DNA of 64,000 bases from Marsupella aquatica (lineage: Eukaryota; Plantae; Marchantiophyta): contig OZ316898.1 in NCBI GenBank assembly GCA_973895155.1, forward strand, positions 4,216,480-4,280,479, read 5' to 3'. Shown piece after piece: positions 49,086 to 60,900 of the stretch (the stretch's first letter is position 1; each line of letters opens with the position of its first letter). The notes under the pieces were generated by a model that saw only the letters and a program-made list of their open reading frames with translations, had not been told where the DNA came from and searched no databases. The translations under genes and the position numbers were made by a program.

Positions 49086-50314
49086 ATATGGAAGGTTTCT
49101 CTGCGAGAAAGTTCCTTCCATAATGAGTGACCGGATGGGCAGTTCCAAATTTGGTAGAGCTCGCAATGGGGTTTCCGAGCATGTTGGTGCCAAAGAAGGT
49201 GTACACCAGGGCGAAGATGATATTGAGGAAGGAGAATTGGGTCACGACACAGACGACAGGGTCACCCGAAATTTGGATGAACGTGGAACACAAGTGGTAG
49301 GTATTCCCTACTTTGGTGTGGGGTTGGCTGATGTTGTGGGTCGACCTGAGGGCGACGCACCAAGAAATCCCTTTGCCGGTGTAGAGAATTGGATGCACCA
49401 ATCGGACCCAGATCTTACATCGTCCACATCGGACGCACATTGGAAGGCAACCGCAGATGGTCTAGGCAATATTGACGTAGTAGAATTGGGAGAAATGTCA
49501 GACATTGTGCTTGCAAAGGAGGATGATCGTCAAGTACCTGAGACCGCTGCAAATGAAGAAGAGAAGGCAGGTGCTTCAAATCCTCCCGTCTCCTCTATAT
49601 TGCTCATCAGAGACTAAATTGGTTTTTACAAGTGCTTCTACAGGAAGCCCCGTAGTATCATCATTTTCACAAAATTCTGGATCCGAGATCGACAGGACTG
49701 GATATATGAAAACAGTCCGTCCTGCAACTCATTTTATATGGAGAAATGGACCAAAGGTTGGAATGATAGAATCACTAGACGATGCTCCAAAGATAATGGC
49801 AAAATCAGATTACGAAAAACTGAACTTGAGACTGAGCCCAGTTTTTGCACCCCCATCCTTTGAAGAGCAACTTCCCAGTGGTATCAATTCCGAGATACAG
49901 AGTGTTCTAGGTGATCAAACAATAGATGAATTTGGGCATTTTAGCATTGGAAATTATTAGCCCTTTCTTTGGTTCTTGGTATTTTAATGATAATCTAAGC
50001 TTTATCTTTGTAATAATATACTTTTTTACAGACCAAAGTTCCGTCGTAGAATCTCCTTCCTCAAAGAATTTTGTTGGCATTCCCTTGGAAAGCGTTGCTG
50101 TGGAGGAAGGGTTTGACCCAGGTATACTTTGGATCTAAAAAATGGCAATTGAATGTAATTAATGTTTTTCTAGGAGGGTCGCCCCAGGGTCGTTCCTCTC
50201 TACTTCAAATGCTATAACAAAGTTTGTTTGATTTCAAATTTTGAGAGTTTTCCTCTGTAGTAATTGTTTAAACTTTGAGTCGCATTGACTAAGGGCTTAT
50301 GTTAATGTTTCCAG

Positions 50315-51354
50315 AATTCACTCCAATACTACACTCTCCGATCCGGCGAAAGCTCTTGGTTCTTGACCTTAACAAGATTTGTTGGGATTGCATTAAGACC
50401 AGAAGCTCAGGACCATGGCGAAATCAGACAAGTTTACGTGGTGTGCACTGGGGGAGACGTGGAGGGTTTAATTTCATGTATGTGGAGCGCCCATACCTCC
50501 ACGAATTTCTATATGCAGCTTTCATGGTTTTTGACGTCGCAATTTGGACCTGTGCAAGGAGGCCAAAAACAATGGACTTAATGGAGTTGATTTTCACTGA
50601 GGAGGAGCGACAGAAGTTCAAGTTTGTCTTTACTCAAGAAGATACCTTTGATAGTTGCATCCAAAGGCCAGATATAACAGATGGGAAGGCCAATTTACTT
50701 CTGAAGAATTTGCAAACCATTTGGGACCGTTTTCCAGAAAAATATGATGCTTCTAATACAGTTCTTATTGATGATTCTCCATTGAAGGCATTTTTGAATT
50801 ATGACGTGAATGGATTGTTTCCAAATCCATTTACTCACACAGCTTCAAATGACACTTTTTTGCCCGAGATATTATGGCCGTATCTTTGCAAATTGAGAAA
50901 GGCTTACTGCGTTCAACATTATATCACTGTCAACAATCCAAAGTGGTCTGTTTTCAATTTATTAACAAGCAAGGAGGATCATGCTGCCATCTATGCTCTT
51001 TTGGAACAGAAGTGGGGAGATTGTCGTTGTATCCATAGGGAGTTTGGAACCATCTTGGATGTGACTCCTGAAGAGATTCCTTGGGACGGAAAGAACGAGG
51101 TGCAGCATTACCCACCATTGGAGACGTGGACCACGGATGAGATCGAAGAAACTGCAAACGTAATACTTGGAGACAACTATTCTAGTCCTCATACACAAAA
51201 TGGAAGGCATTTTATTTGGAAAGTTCTCAGAACTAGGGATCTCACCAATAAGTTTAAGAACCACCATGCGAGAGATACTTGCAACCGTGACATCCGCTAT
51301 GATAAATCAGGAAGCAGACTTTCTTGTTCAAATGAGTTTTGTCTTGATCATTAG
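50315..51354 (+). CDS. Last exon: FCP1/NIF-like HAD phosphatase domain, open frame
   Basis: RRKLLVLDLN, ERPYLHEFL, FDVAIWT, LLKNL..IW, NTVLIDDSPLKA..N. Confidence 0.85.
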
Positions 51355-51803
51355 GAGATAGGGTTGCTCTAGTGCCTACCCTGAATTGTACATTCATATT
51401 ATGTCTTGAAAGGATATGTTTTGAACATGTAGGATAAAGTAAATAATTAGGATATATGCTTAGTGTGAGGCTCTCTCACTGGACTGGACAATTTAATAAT
51501 TATATAGTGGGTCAATCTCATTTTGACCCTTGATTTATGACCATCTATATTTTTTAATTTATAGATGGTCTGAGTGGTACTGGCCTCTGATTTTTGGACT
51601 AAATTAAATTTACTCTAATTTTTAAATTAATTAGAATATATGATTTAAGTTATTATTAAACATTTGGGTGAAAAAAAACAAAATTTTGGGCGTTCAAAAG
51701 TGTATATTTGGGCTGAAAAAAATTAGCTTTTGGGAATGCTTTAATAGAAATTTGGCCTGAAAAAAAATAACTTTAGGGTTCATCTTATGGACTTTTAAAA
51801 GTA

Positions 51804-51825
51804 CAGTTTTAATGAATATAGTGAT
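51804..51825 (-). repeat. Right terminal inverted repeat
   Basis: CAGTTTTAATGAATATAGTGAT followed by TAAC. Confidence 0.88.
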
Positions 51826-54285
51826 TAACTTAAAATAACTTGCTGGCCAGTACTATAGTATTGCCATCAAGAATAGCACCCTTATTACGAGAAAATCATA
51901 ATAAAATTGTGCCTAAAGCACATTGGTTTTTGGTTTTCTCCTGATTCTTTGGGGCATTTGTGTGCATTTCTTATTTTGAGCAAAACTTTCAAGTAACACC
52001 TACTCCAACAATTCTTGCAGACTGCCCCTTTGGAGCTGTCTATAGTAGTGCAAAATGTGACAATGACACATAGATTACAAATTTCATGTAGGGCCCTTGA
52101 CCCAAAATATGCTATGGAATTGTGTTATCAATTCACCTATTTGTATTGTCAAGCTTCAGTTGATGAGTCCTTTCTAGCGTCTTTCTTTCCAAATCTTTCC
52201 TCAAATCAAGCAAGAATTATCTAAGGTTAAGGAGGTTTATGGTTAAGTTTCATGCAAGAGTTTTCTTTAATCTTTCTAGATTGTTTTTAAAAATAATTTA
52301 ATTTAATTTAAACACCAATTTAGGGAGGGACAAAGCCCCAAAACACCCCCTGGGGATGAAAGCCACCCAGAGAGAACTGCGGCCACACGGCAAACAACAA
52401 CAAAACCACTAATCAGGCCAGGGGTCAAAGGAGCACCACCCTAAAAGGGGAATCATCAAAGTCCAGTGGTGGTTTTTGTCATTTCTCCACGGCCAACGTC
52501 TTTTCCTCCTGTCATTGCTATCCTGTCCTACATCTCTCACTTTATTATATCTACTGTCCTGTCTTCTCTTGTTCGCTGGATCCAGGGTCGAGTCGAGGCT
52601 CTTGTAACTAGTCTCAGTGGTGACATGCAAATCCCAATGGCCACCCTGGAAGAGCTCCAATTTGACTCTGTTATCTACTGTTGTCTTCTTCATCAGATAT
52701 CAGATTAAGTGCGATCGGGCTTTCAGTTTTCTCCCAGGGTTGTAGGACCACATGCCGCGACCACATGGAGTTGACAACCAAGAGTGATTCTGAGTTGTTT
52801 TCCTTTCTTAGATGTTCAAGTGCAAATGTGTCACGCCATCGGCCTAGCCCTTAGGCCAATCTACGTCTAAGACAAACACTTCCCTTGCCAGTATTCGGGT
52901 TCGGGCAAGGAGGGACGTGCGGAGTGTGTGTAATTCTCCCAAACTAGCACTAAGTGCGCATACATTTACTTACAAGCACGCTTAGGTATGCTTTGTGTTC
53001 CGCCGCCGGAACGTACCTTAGTCGATACGGGGTCGACCTCGGCTTACGGGCTTCTAAGCCTTTGTGTTACCGCCTTTGATCCGGATCCATTAGTACAAGT
53101 GCTCAACCCTGGCTCGCAACCCCGTACCCGTAACCTACACCCCATGCACGTTTGGCATAATGTGTTCGGCCCGACATTGATACTTGCACACGAGACTCAT
53201 ACATGCATTCATACATAACAGAAATCTCGATTTACACGAAGGAATTGAGGGGAAAGGATTTCATTCATATATGATCCTACACTTACGATTGGGTGACCCA
53301 ACACCTCGTGAATGAACGGGCCCAAGGCCGAGGAGTATACACTACAACGGAGCCCGGCTCCGCACTCACCCGACAAGATTAGTCGTATACCCTCCCCTTG
53401 GCACTCTGGCACTTCACCGAGTTTGGGACTCCCCGCACGTACCACGAATGGCCAACTTCTGAGTCTAAAATCCCCCCCCGTGCCTCTACCAGGGGGCTAC
53501 TAAATACTAAGGGCCAAGGACCAGCCTGGCCTCATGCCCAAATCTACGCTAACTTATATCCTCGCTAAGCTGGTTACGGCTTGTCCTATCAGTCTAACCT
53601 ATTCTACACAGGCTGGCTAATGTGTCAGCGCCGCTATCTTTTGGCCGGCACTTGTCCTAACAGCCTATTTTAGCTACTCCTATTTCTATTCTAAGCCTAA
53701 CCCTCCGCTAATGCCTGGTGCGCTTGCCAGAGCCGTCCGAGTGGGAGCGGCCATCTCGCTGCCTACGGAGTCTGTCGTTGTCCGTCTTGAGGAGCTGGAC
53801 TTGGTCTAGCAGAGATTTGTTCTCTTGCTTTGCCGCGTCCGTCTCCTCAGTTGCCTCTTGGCATGCCTCTTCTAGTTGATGGGCGTCGCTCGTCAGCTTG
53901 TCCACCATCTGGTTCTGCTTCTTGGCTTTGGTTTGAAGCCGCGCTACTTCACCCTGTAGGGCGGAAATCTCCGCAGTGTCATGTTGGGCCCGCTCTTCGG
54001 CCTCCTCTAGGTCTTTCTGTCAGATGATAGTTTGATTCTTCAAACTGTCAATCTGGGTCCGGAGCCGTGCAATCTCGGCCTCCTTCCCAGCTTTGGCCTA
54101 TTCGGCTAAGGCGGTAAGGGCGTGCGCATTTGCTAACAACTCATCGGCGACTGCAACCTTGGGTCGTAGTTGCAGAAGCTCAGCCTCTTGAGTCTCAATT
54201 TTTCCCTTTAGGTACACGGACTCAACCCGGTACCGCTCTATCCTCTGAAGGGCCTCCAACTGGGCCCGGCCTGCCTTTACTATGG

Positions 54286-57200
54286 TGTGACGCTGCCGGT
54301 ACGGCGGTTAATGAGTGATTCAGTCTAACTGCGCTCGGCACGCGCATTAGGTGGGTCTTAGGCCGCTATTATTAGCATAACGACAGTATTTAGGTAATCA
54401 TTAGGGGTAGGACATCATTAGGCAATAAGGGGGACTTCAGGTTCGGGCTGGCGGCGGGTCGCTATTCGCACACCCGGGTTACGAGCGTGGAGGGGCCCCT
54501 CCCTCGGGTCCGTATAACGAACTTAAGGAAGCGGCCACTGACGCACGCTGACTCAGACCGGCGGAGTGGCCGGTACACCACAAGCGTGAGCGGTTCAACC
54601 TATGGGCGTCGAGGAGACGTCGGGGATCGACAAGCCCTCAAAGTATAAAAGGGGAGCCAACCCTTTGTAGTGCACCAGTCCATCAGTCCGCGCGCCAGCT
54701 TCGACCCCAGCTCTCTCGTTCTCTCTAGGTCGCCACTACTATCTCCTCTGAATGTCGCACACGATCCTCTCCAGCTCGGCCATTCGATTCTGGACGCAGT
54801 TCCTATCTACCGGAAGGCACTTGGCCGATTCATTGAAACACGCCAACCCGCGCCGATACGAGATCGAACGCGAATACGAGAGAGCCATCCGCCTAGCAGG
54901 ACGACACCACTACGTCCTTAACTTTGACTACCCATCTCAGAGCGAGCTTTACTGACCAGCTGAGGTATCTGGGTACTTCTTCAACGGAGACAAATATATC
55001 GGGTTCTGGGAAGCATTGCTTCGGCTTCCGGACGAGGTCTTCAATATCCCGGGTACAATCGACCTGCAGCGACATCACTTCGACCACATCCCTGCCCAGG
55101 TTCGGGCTGTCATTAACGGCGAGTCCAGTACCAACCGTTCGACAAGGGCGTCCGCACTCGCTTCGGAGAACTTCTACCAGCACCTACAGAGCTTCATGGG
55201 AACTCGGCCATCAACCAACATGACCAACTCAGCCGGACCCGTACCCGTACCCGTACCCGTGCCCATGCAACCTCAGCTTCAGCTTCAGCCTCAGCCGCAG
55301 CCTAACCAAACCCCACCACCTATCACCCAGCCAGCACAGGTACGCTCCGTCATCAACGCTGTGGATCTTAGCGATGACGACGAGGCTACCCCACCCTTGA
55401 CCAGGCGGCCCAGAGGAACAAGCGCTCGGGGATCAGTGGACAACGGGTTCGTGATGAGGACCTGCCTCATGCCCGAGATAGCTGAGCGGCTGGAGTTCCA
55501 GAGGTACGCTCTCCACATGATGGAACCTTGGGGGGAGATCTCCGCCGCCCAGGTCATCCAGGTCGAGAACTATCGACCTAGGAAATGGGCGTCGTACTTC
55601 GCTAAGAAATTCCATGAAGAGACGGAGCGGCGAAGGAAGACGCTGTACATTGGCGGGAAAGCGTATTTCGCTAGCCACATCGAAATCATTCTTGAGTGGT
55701 ACGCCCGGTTTGATCGACGAACCCTTCCCCGCATCAACGTTACAAAGCTGGTCCCAGCTAGGTGGGTTTTTCCGGCATTGGAGAGACGGCCCCAACCCGA
55801 GGCCCGAAGTCCAGTGGACACGCCAGCTTCACCCACCCCACCTCCACAAATAGCTGTAATCGTAACCGAGGAGGTGCCGGAGGGGTCCGTCGTCGCAACC
55901 GTTGATGCGACCCAACTAGCCGGGCTAAGTACAGAAGTTGGTACGGCAGAGGTCTTACCCGAACCTGGGTCTCCCAAGGACCCGCCGGTGGCAATTCCGG
56001 AGAACCGGACATCGCTGCAGGAGGACACTCCTGCCCCTTCCAACGTTATGTCCCCAGGGCTGGACGTCACTGCCCCGGCCCCTGCGCGTGTTGATGTCTG
56101 CCCGTGCCCAAATCCGGACAGGCACAACTTGGACCACCCGGAACTCTTCGTACAGGGTACGTTTCTGAACGGGCTTCTGGGAGATTTCTCTCATCAAATT
56201 GCCTGGGATACCGGGGAGTTCATGGCCCGGAAGGTAGCCTGTTTCTTCAATCAGGAGTTGGTTGCCGCCGTAAAGGCAGGTCGGGCCCAGTCGGAGGCCC
56301 TTCAGAGGATAGAGCGGTACCGGGTGGAGTCCGTGTACCTAAAGAACGAAGTGGCGGCTCAAGAGGCTGAGCTTCTGCAACTACGACCCAAGGTTGCAGC
56401 CGCCGATGAGTTGTTAGCAAAGGCGTACGCTCTTACCGCCCTAGCCGAACAGGCCAAAGCTGGGAACGAGGCCGAGATTACATGACTCCGGAACCAGATT
56501 GACAGTTTGAAGAAACAAGCTGTCACCTGGCAGAAAGACCTGGAGGAGGCCAAGGAGCGAGCCCAGCGGGACACGATGGAGATAGCCACGCTGCAGGCCG
56601 AGATGGCGCGGCTCCAAACCGAGGCCGAGAAGCAGGACCAGCTGGCGAGTAAACTGATGAGCGACGCCCAGCAGCTGGAGGAGGCATGTCAGGAGGCAGC
56701 AGAGACGGACGCGGCGAGGCGAGAGAACGAATCTCTGCTGGACCAGGTCCAGCTCCTCAAAGCGGACAATGACAGGCTTCGAAGGCAGCGGGATGGCCGT
56801 TCCCATTCGGGCGGCTCTGGCAAGCGTGCCAGGCATTAGCGGCGGAGTAGGAATAGATTAGGATTAGGATTGGCTTAGTCAGGCTCTTGGGACAGGCACC
56901 TGCCTTAGGTATAGCAGCGCTGCCCTGCTGTCCAGCCTGCGTAGATTAGGATCTTCTAATAAGACACAGCCGTTTTCCGGCTTGACTGTCAGCTTAGTTA
57001 GGACCTTGGTCAGCGGATCTTCGGCGGGAGGACGCCCCGTTCCTCGGCTCTTAGTATTTAGTGCACCCCTCGGTAGAGGCAAGGGGGGGGGTTTTTAGTT
57101 TCAGAGTCGGACATCCGCGGGACATGCGGGGAGTCCCGACCTCTGGGAATGACAGAGTACCAAGGGGAGGGGGTAGGACTAAGCTCGTCGGGCGAGTGCG

Positions 57201-57740
57201 GAGCCGGGCTCCGTTGTAGTGTGCACCCTTGGCCTTGAACCTGTGCATTCCAGGGCTGTCGTGTCAACTAAGTGTACGCATATATTCCCTTTGTAGTAAA
57301 ATCCTTTCCCATCATTTTTCCTTCGTGTAAATCGAGATTGTATGCATGTGTGCGCATATGTGTGTGGGTTTCTCGTATATGGGTGGCAGCGTCGGGCCGA
57401 ACGCACTACCCGAGACGTGCACAGGGTGCAACCTGCGGGTAAGTGGTTGCGAGCACGGGTTGAGGACCTGTATCATCGAATCCGGATCGAAGGCGGACAG
57501 CACGAAGGCTTAGAAGCCCTTAAGCCGGGGTCGATCCTGCTATCGACTAAGGTACGTTCTGGCGGCGGAACACAAACCATACCTAGGAGGTGTCTGTATT
57601 TAGCAGTATGCGCACTTAGCGCTAGTTTATGAGAATAAGGTGCATTACGTGCTTCCCTTCCTGCCCGAACCCTCAGATTTACGAGGGATGTGCCCGTCTA
57701 AGCTGAAGTCTGAGTTAAGGCCGAAGCCTACGACGTGACA
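54286..57740 (+). mobile_element. Family B unit, copy B2 (3455 bp), nested in B3 in opposite orientation
   Basis: TGTGACG..CGTGACA; 5-bp TSD TATGG at 54281-54285 and 57741-57745. Confidence 0.94.
54752..56839 (+). pseudogene. Family B ORF in B2 (696 codons, two stops, in-frame internal deletion)
   Basis: 54752, 55016 and 56507 pieces in one frame; TGA at 54953 and 56483. Confidence 0.85.
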
Positions 57741-60266
57741 TATGGTAACCAACTCCTGATTGAAGAAGTAGGCTACCTTTCGAGCCATGAACTCCCCGGT
57801 GTCCCGGGCATCTGTTGGGAGAAATCTCCCAAAAGCCCCTTCAGAAATGTACCCAGTACGAAGAGTTTCGGGTGGTCCAGGTTATGCCCGTCCAGATTTG
57901 GGCACGGGCAGACGTCAACTTGCACAGGAGCTGGGGTAGTGACATCTAGCCCTAGGGATGTAGTGTTGGAAGGGGCTGGATTGTCCTCCTCCATCATTGT
58001 GCTGTCCTCTAGAATAGCCACCGGTGGATCTTCTGGACCCACGGGCTCGGTCAAAGCCTCCACCGCCCCGACTTCTGCACTTGGCCCGGCCTGGTTGATC
58101 GCGTCTAAGGTTGCGATCATTGCCTCATCTAGTACCTCTTTGGCCACGGCTATGGCTACTTGTGGAGGTGGGGTGGATGAGGCCTGCGTGGCTGCCAGGC
58201 TTCGGGCCTTGGGTTGAGGCCGTCTCTCCAAGGCCGGGAAGACCCACTTAGTCGGAACCAACTTAGTTCCGTTGGCCCGGGGAAGGGTTTGTCGATCGAA
58301 CCGGGCGTACCACTTGAGAATGATCTCGATGTGGCTCGCAAAATATGCCTTCCTGCCGATGTACAGCGCCTTCCTTCGCCGTTCCATCTCTTCATGGAAC
58401 TTCTTAGCAAAGTACGATGCCCACTTCCTAGGTCAATAGTTCTCGACCTGAATAACCTGGGCAGCGGAGATCTTGCCTCGGGGTTCTATGATGTGGAGGG
58501 CGTACCTCTGGAACTCCAGCCTCTCGGCTATCTCGGGGATGAGGCAGGTCCTCATCACGAACCCATTGTCCACTGACTCCTCGAAGGGAAAACTCGAGGA
58601 TTGGTACTTGGCTCCTTTGCCCCTGGGAGCCCATGATTCGACTCGTTGATCTCCCTTGGGTAGCCCAAAGATCATCCTGAGCCGCTCCTTTGTGAGGGAC
58701 ATATTCCTCCCCTGTACCTGAGTTTGCTGACGGACGTCGTCATAATTCTTGACGAACTCCGTCATGTCCTCCCCGTAATACCTGCAGGTGTTCCAGGGGA
58801 GAGAGGCGAGGTGCTTGAACCCCTGAGTCTTCAAGTACACCGCCTGTTTGGGGTGGAGGATGTTCTTATGCACGTTCTCCCCCATGTGGTGCATTGTCAC
58901 CTTGGCCGCAGCTACCATGGCCATGGTTAACCTGGATACAGCTGCGGGTTCCTTCCTCTTCTTTCCTCGAGACTGGCTCCCGTGATGGCTCAAAGAGGGT
59001 GACATCTCCCCATCCTCCCGATCGGGTATGGGTAGTGCCACCGCCGTTAGTATTGGGGCCGGGGCGGCTACGGTCACCGTGTTGTCCACCGGAGCCACTA
59101 CTCGGGTCCGGGCCTGGGGAGGGGGCGATGTAGTGTCGGCTCCCTGGGTGCTCGCTCCTCTGGGCCGCCTGAGCAGGGGTGGGGTATCCTCGTCGTCGTT
59201 GCTGAGGTCCATAGCGTTGACGATGGATCGCACCTGTACAGGCGGGGCGACCAGCGGTGGGGATCGGGTAGGCTGAGGCGGAGCCTAAGCCTGAGCCGGT
59301 GTTGGTGCGAGTACGAGCATGGACTCGGCTGGGCCGGCACCGGTGGTTGACAATCTGGTTCCCATGAAGTTCTGCAGGTGCCGGTAGAGGTTTTCCGAAG
59401 CAAGTGTGGACGGCCTTGTCGATCGGGTAGTGTTGAACTCGCTGTTGATGATGGCCTGGACCCGAGCGGGGATGTGGTTGAAGTGGTGCCGCTGTAAGTC
59501 AATCGTGCCCGGGATAGTGAAGACCGCGTCCGGAAGCCAAAGCAATGCCTCCCAGAAGCCGATGTATTTGGCCCCGCCAAAGAAGTACCCTGATATTTCT
59601 TTGGGTCGGTAAAGCTCGCTCTGGGATGGGTAATCAAAGTTAAGGAGATAGTGGTGGCGGCCTACTAGGTGGATGGCTCTCTCGTACTCGCATTCGATTT
59701 TGTATTGGCGCGGGTTGGAGTTTTAATGAGTCGGCCAAGTGCCCCCCGATAGACAGGAACTGCGTCCAAAATTGTATGGCCGAACTGGAAAGGATCGTGT
59801 GCAACATTTAGAGGAGATAGAAGATGACTAAGGATGGGCGAAAGAACTGGGGTCAAAGCTGGCGCATGGACTGAAGAACTGGTGCACTGCAAAGGATCGA
59901 CCCCCTTTTTATACCCTGAGAGCTCGTCGGTCGCCCAACGCCTCCTCGTCGCTTATAGGCTGAGCCTTTCACGCTTGCAGTGTACTTGCCACTCCGCTAG
60001 TCCGGGTCAGCGCGTGTCAGTGCCGTCTCCCAGAGTTTGTTATACGGACCCGAGGGAGGGGGGCCCATTACATGCTCGCAACCGGGCGTGCGAATGGCGA
60101 CCTGCCGCCAGCCCGAACATGAATGCCCCTTATTGACTAATGATTCCTACTCATAATGGCTACCTAAATACTGTCGTTATGCTAATAATTACGGCCTAAG
60201 ATACCCCTAATGCGCGTGCTAAGCGTGGTTAGGCCAAATCACTCATTACCCAGGCGTCACAAAATG

Positions 60267-60900
60267 CCCAGCATCGACCGCAGGTGCCTCTCAGTGTATC
60301 TAAGGACCACCCATCCGGGTAGCCGTCACAAGAAGTGAGAGTAGATGGCAGCGTTGCATTCTTTCCAAATGCTAGAGCACAGTTCCATCACAAGGATCAA
60401 CGGCCCAGGTCTTCTCTTCTGCAGACGGATAGCGTCGACAAGAGTCCTGGTCAGGAAGGCGAGGGCTGGGCGTCCCCAAACCAGCTGCTGGGCTTCCTTC
60501 CACCTCTCACAAACCTTGCTGCAACTGAGAAACATATGCTTAGTGTGCTTGCAACAAGATTTGCACTTACTGCAGGTTCCATCGCAAAATTTCCAGTGGA
60601 TTCCACAGGAGTACGTACTCAGTTGTCCCTACCTCCTGTTGATCTTGGTGATGTCCATGGTCTCCGGTAGATTGCACTCTGTCCACACTTTATTGGGGAA
60701 GGTCCAGCCCTGATTCCTTCCTTTCCACCTCCACTGCCAACCTTCGCAGTCTTGCAGTTTGTTATCACTGAGGCCTGGGCATCATGATCTTAATTGGTTG
60801 TAGAAACTGGAGAATTTGGACTGTCTATTGGGTCTGTTACTCCTAACTCTTGAATGAAGCTCTCCTTCATGAATCCATCCCCCCTGAGATGTCCATAAGT
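60267..60900 (-). pseudogene. Decayed LINE (L1-like) ORF2 C-terminus; probably continues left of 52824
   Basis: DGTCSKCKSCCKHTKHMFLSC..W...IWKECN resembles the L1 C-terminal CCHC and IWKERN motifs. Confidence 0.55.

Larger units (their letters stand above)
44820..51354 (+). pseudogene. Spliced cargo gene (~1680 aa): ParB/Srx-like, amino-methyltransferase-like and FCP1/NIF HAD phosphatase-like domains
   Basis: Predicted exons 44820-44988, 45820-47348, 47683-49910, 50032-50121 and 50315-51354; all introns GT-AG and phase-compatible; stops at 46518 and 46935; frame break at ~49600. Confidence 0.72.
23420..51825 (-). mobile_element. Large TIR DNA transposon (Sola/DUF7869-like DDD transposase) with cargo gene; ~12.9 kb once the nested Gypsy is removed
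   Basis: 22-bp TIRs with one mismatch; flanking TAAC direct repeat at 23416-23419 and 51826-51829; encloses the transposase and the divergent cargo gene. Confidence 0.85.
53708..59807 (-). pseudogene. Family B ORF in B3, split by B2
   Basis: Pieces 58433-59233, 57773-58387 and 53708-53908 match B1; reads ELVTIVKAG across the insertion. Confidence 0.82.
52829..60261 (-). mobile_element. Family B unit, copy B3 (3973 bp without the nested insert)
   Basis: TGTCACG..CGTCACA termini; 5-bp TSD AAATG at 52824-52828 and 60262-60266. Confidence 0.92.

Noticed and set aside
47638-49617. Bacterial contamination or a restriction-modification system
   Set aside because: Spliceosomal-type introns, plant retroelements on both sides and no cognate nuclease
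23422-51823. Canonical CACTA/En-Spm element
   Set aside because: No 3-bp TSD and the catalytic core lacks TnpD-type motifs; kept only as an alternative reading of the termini
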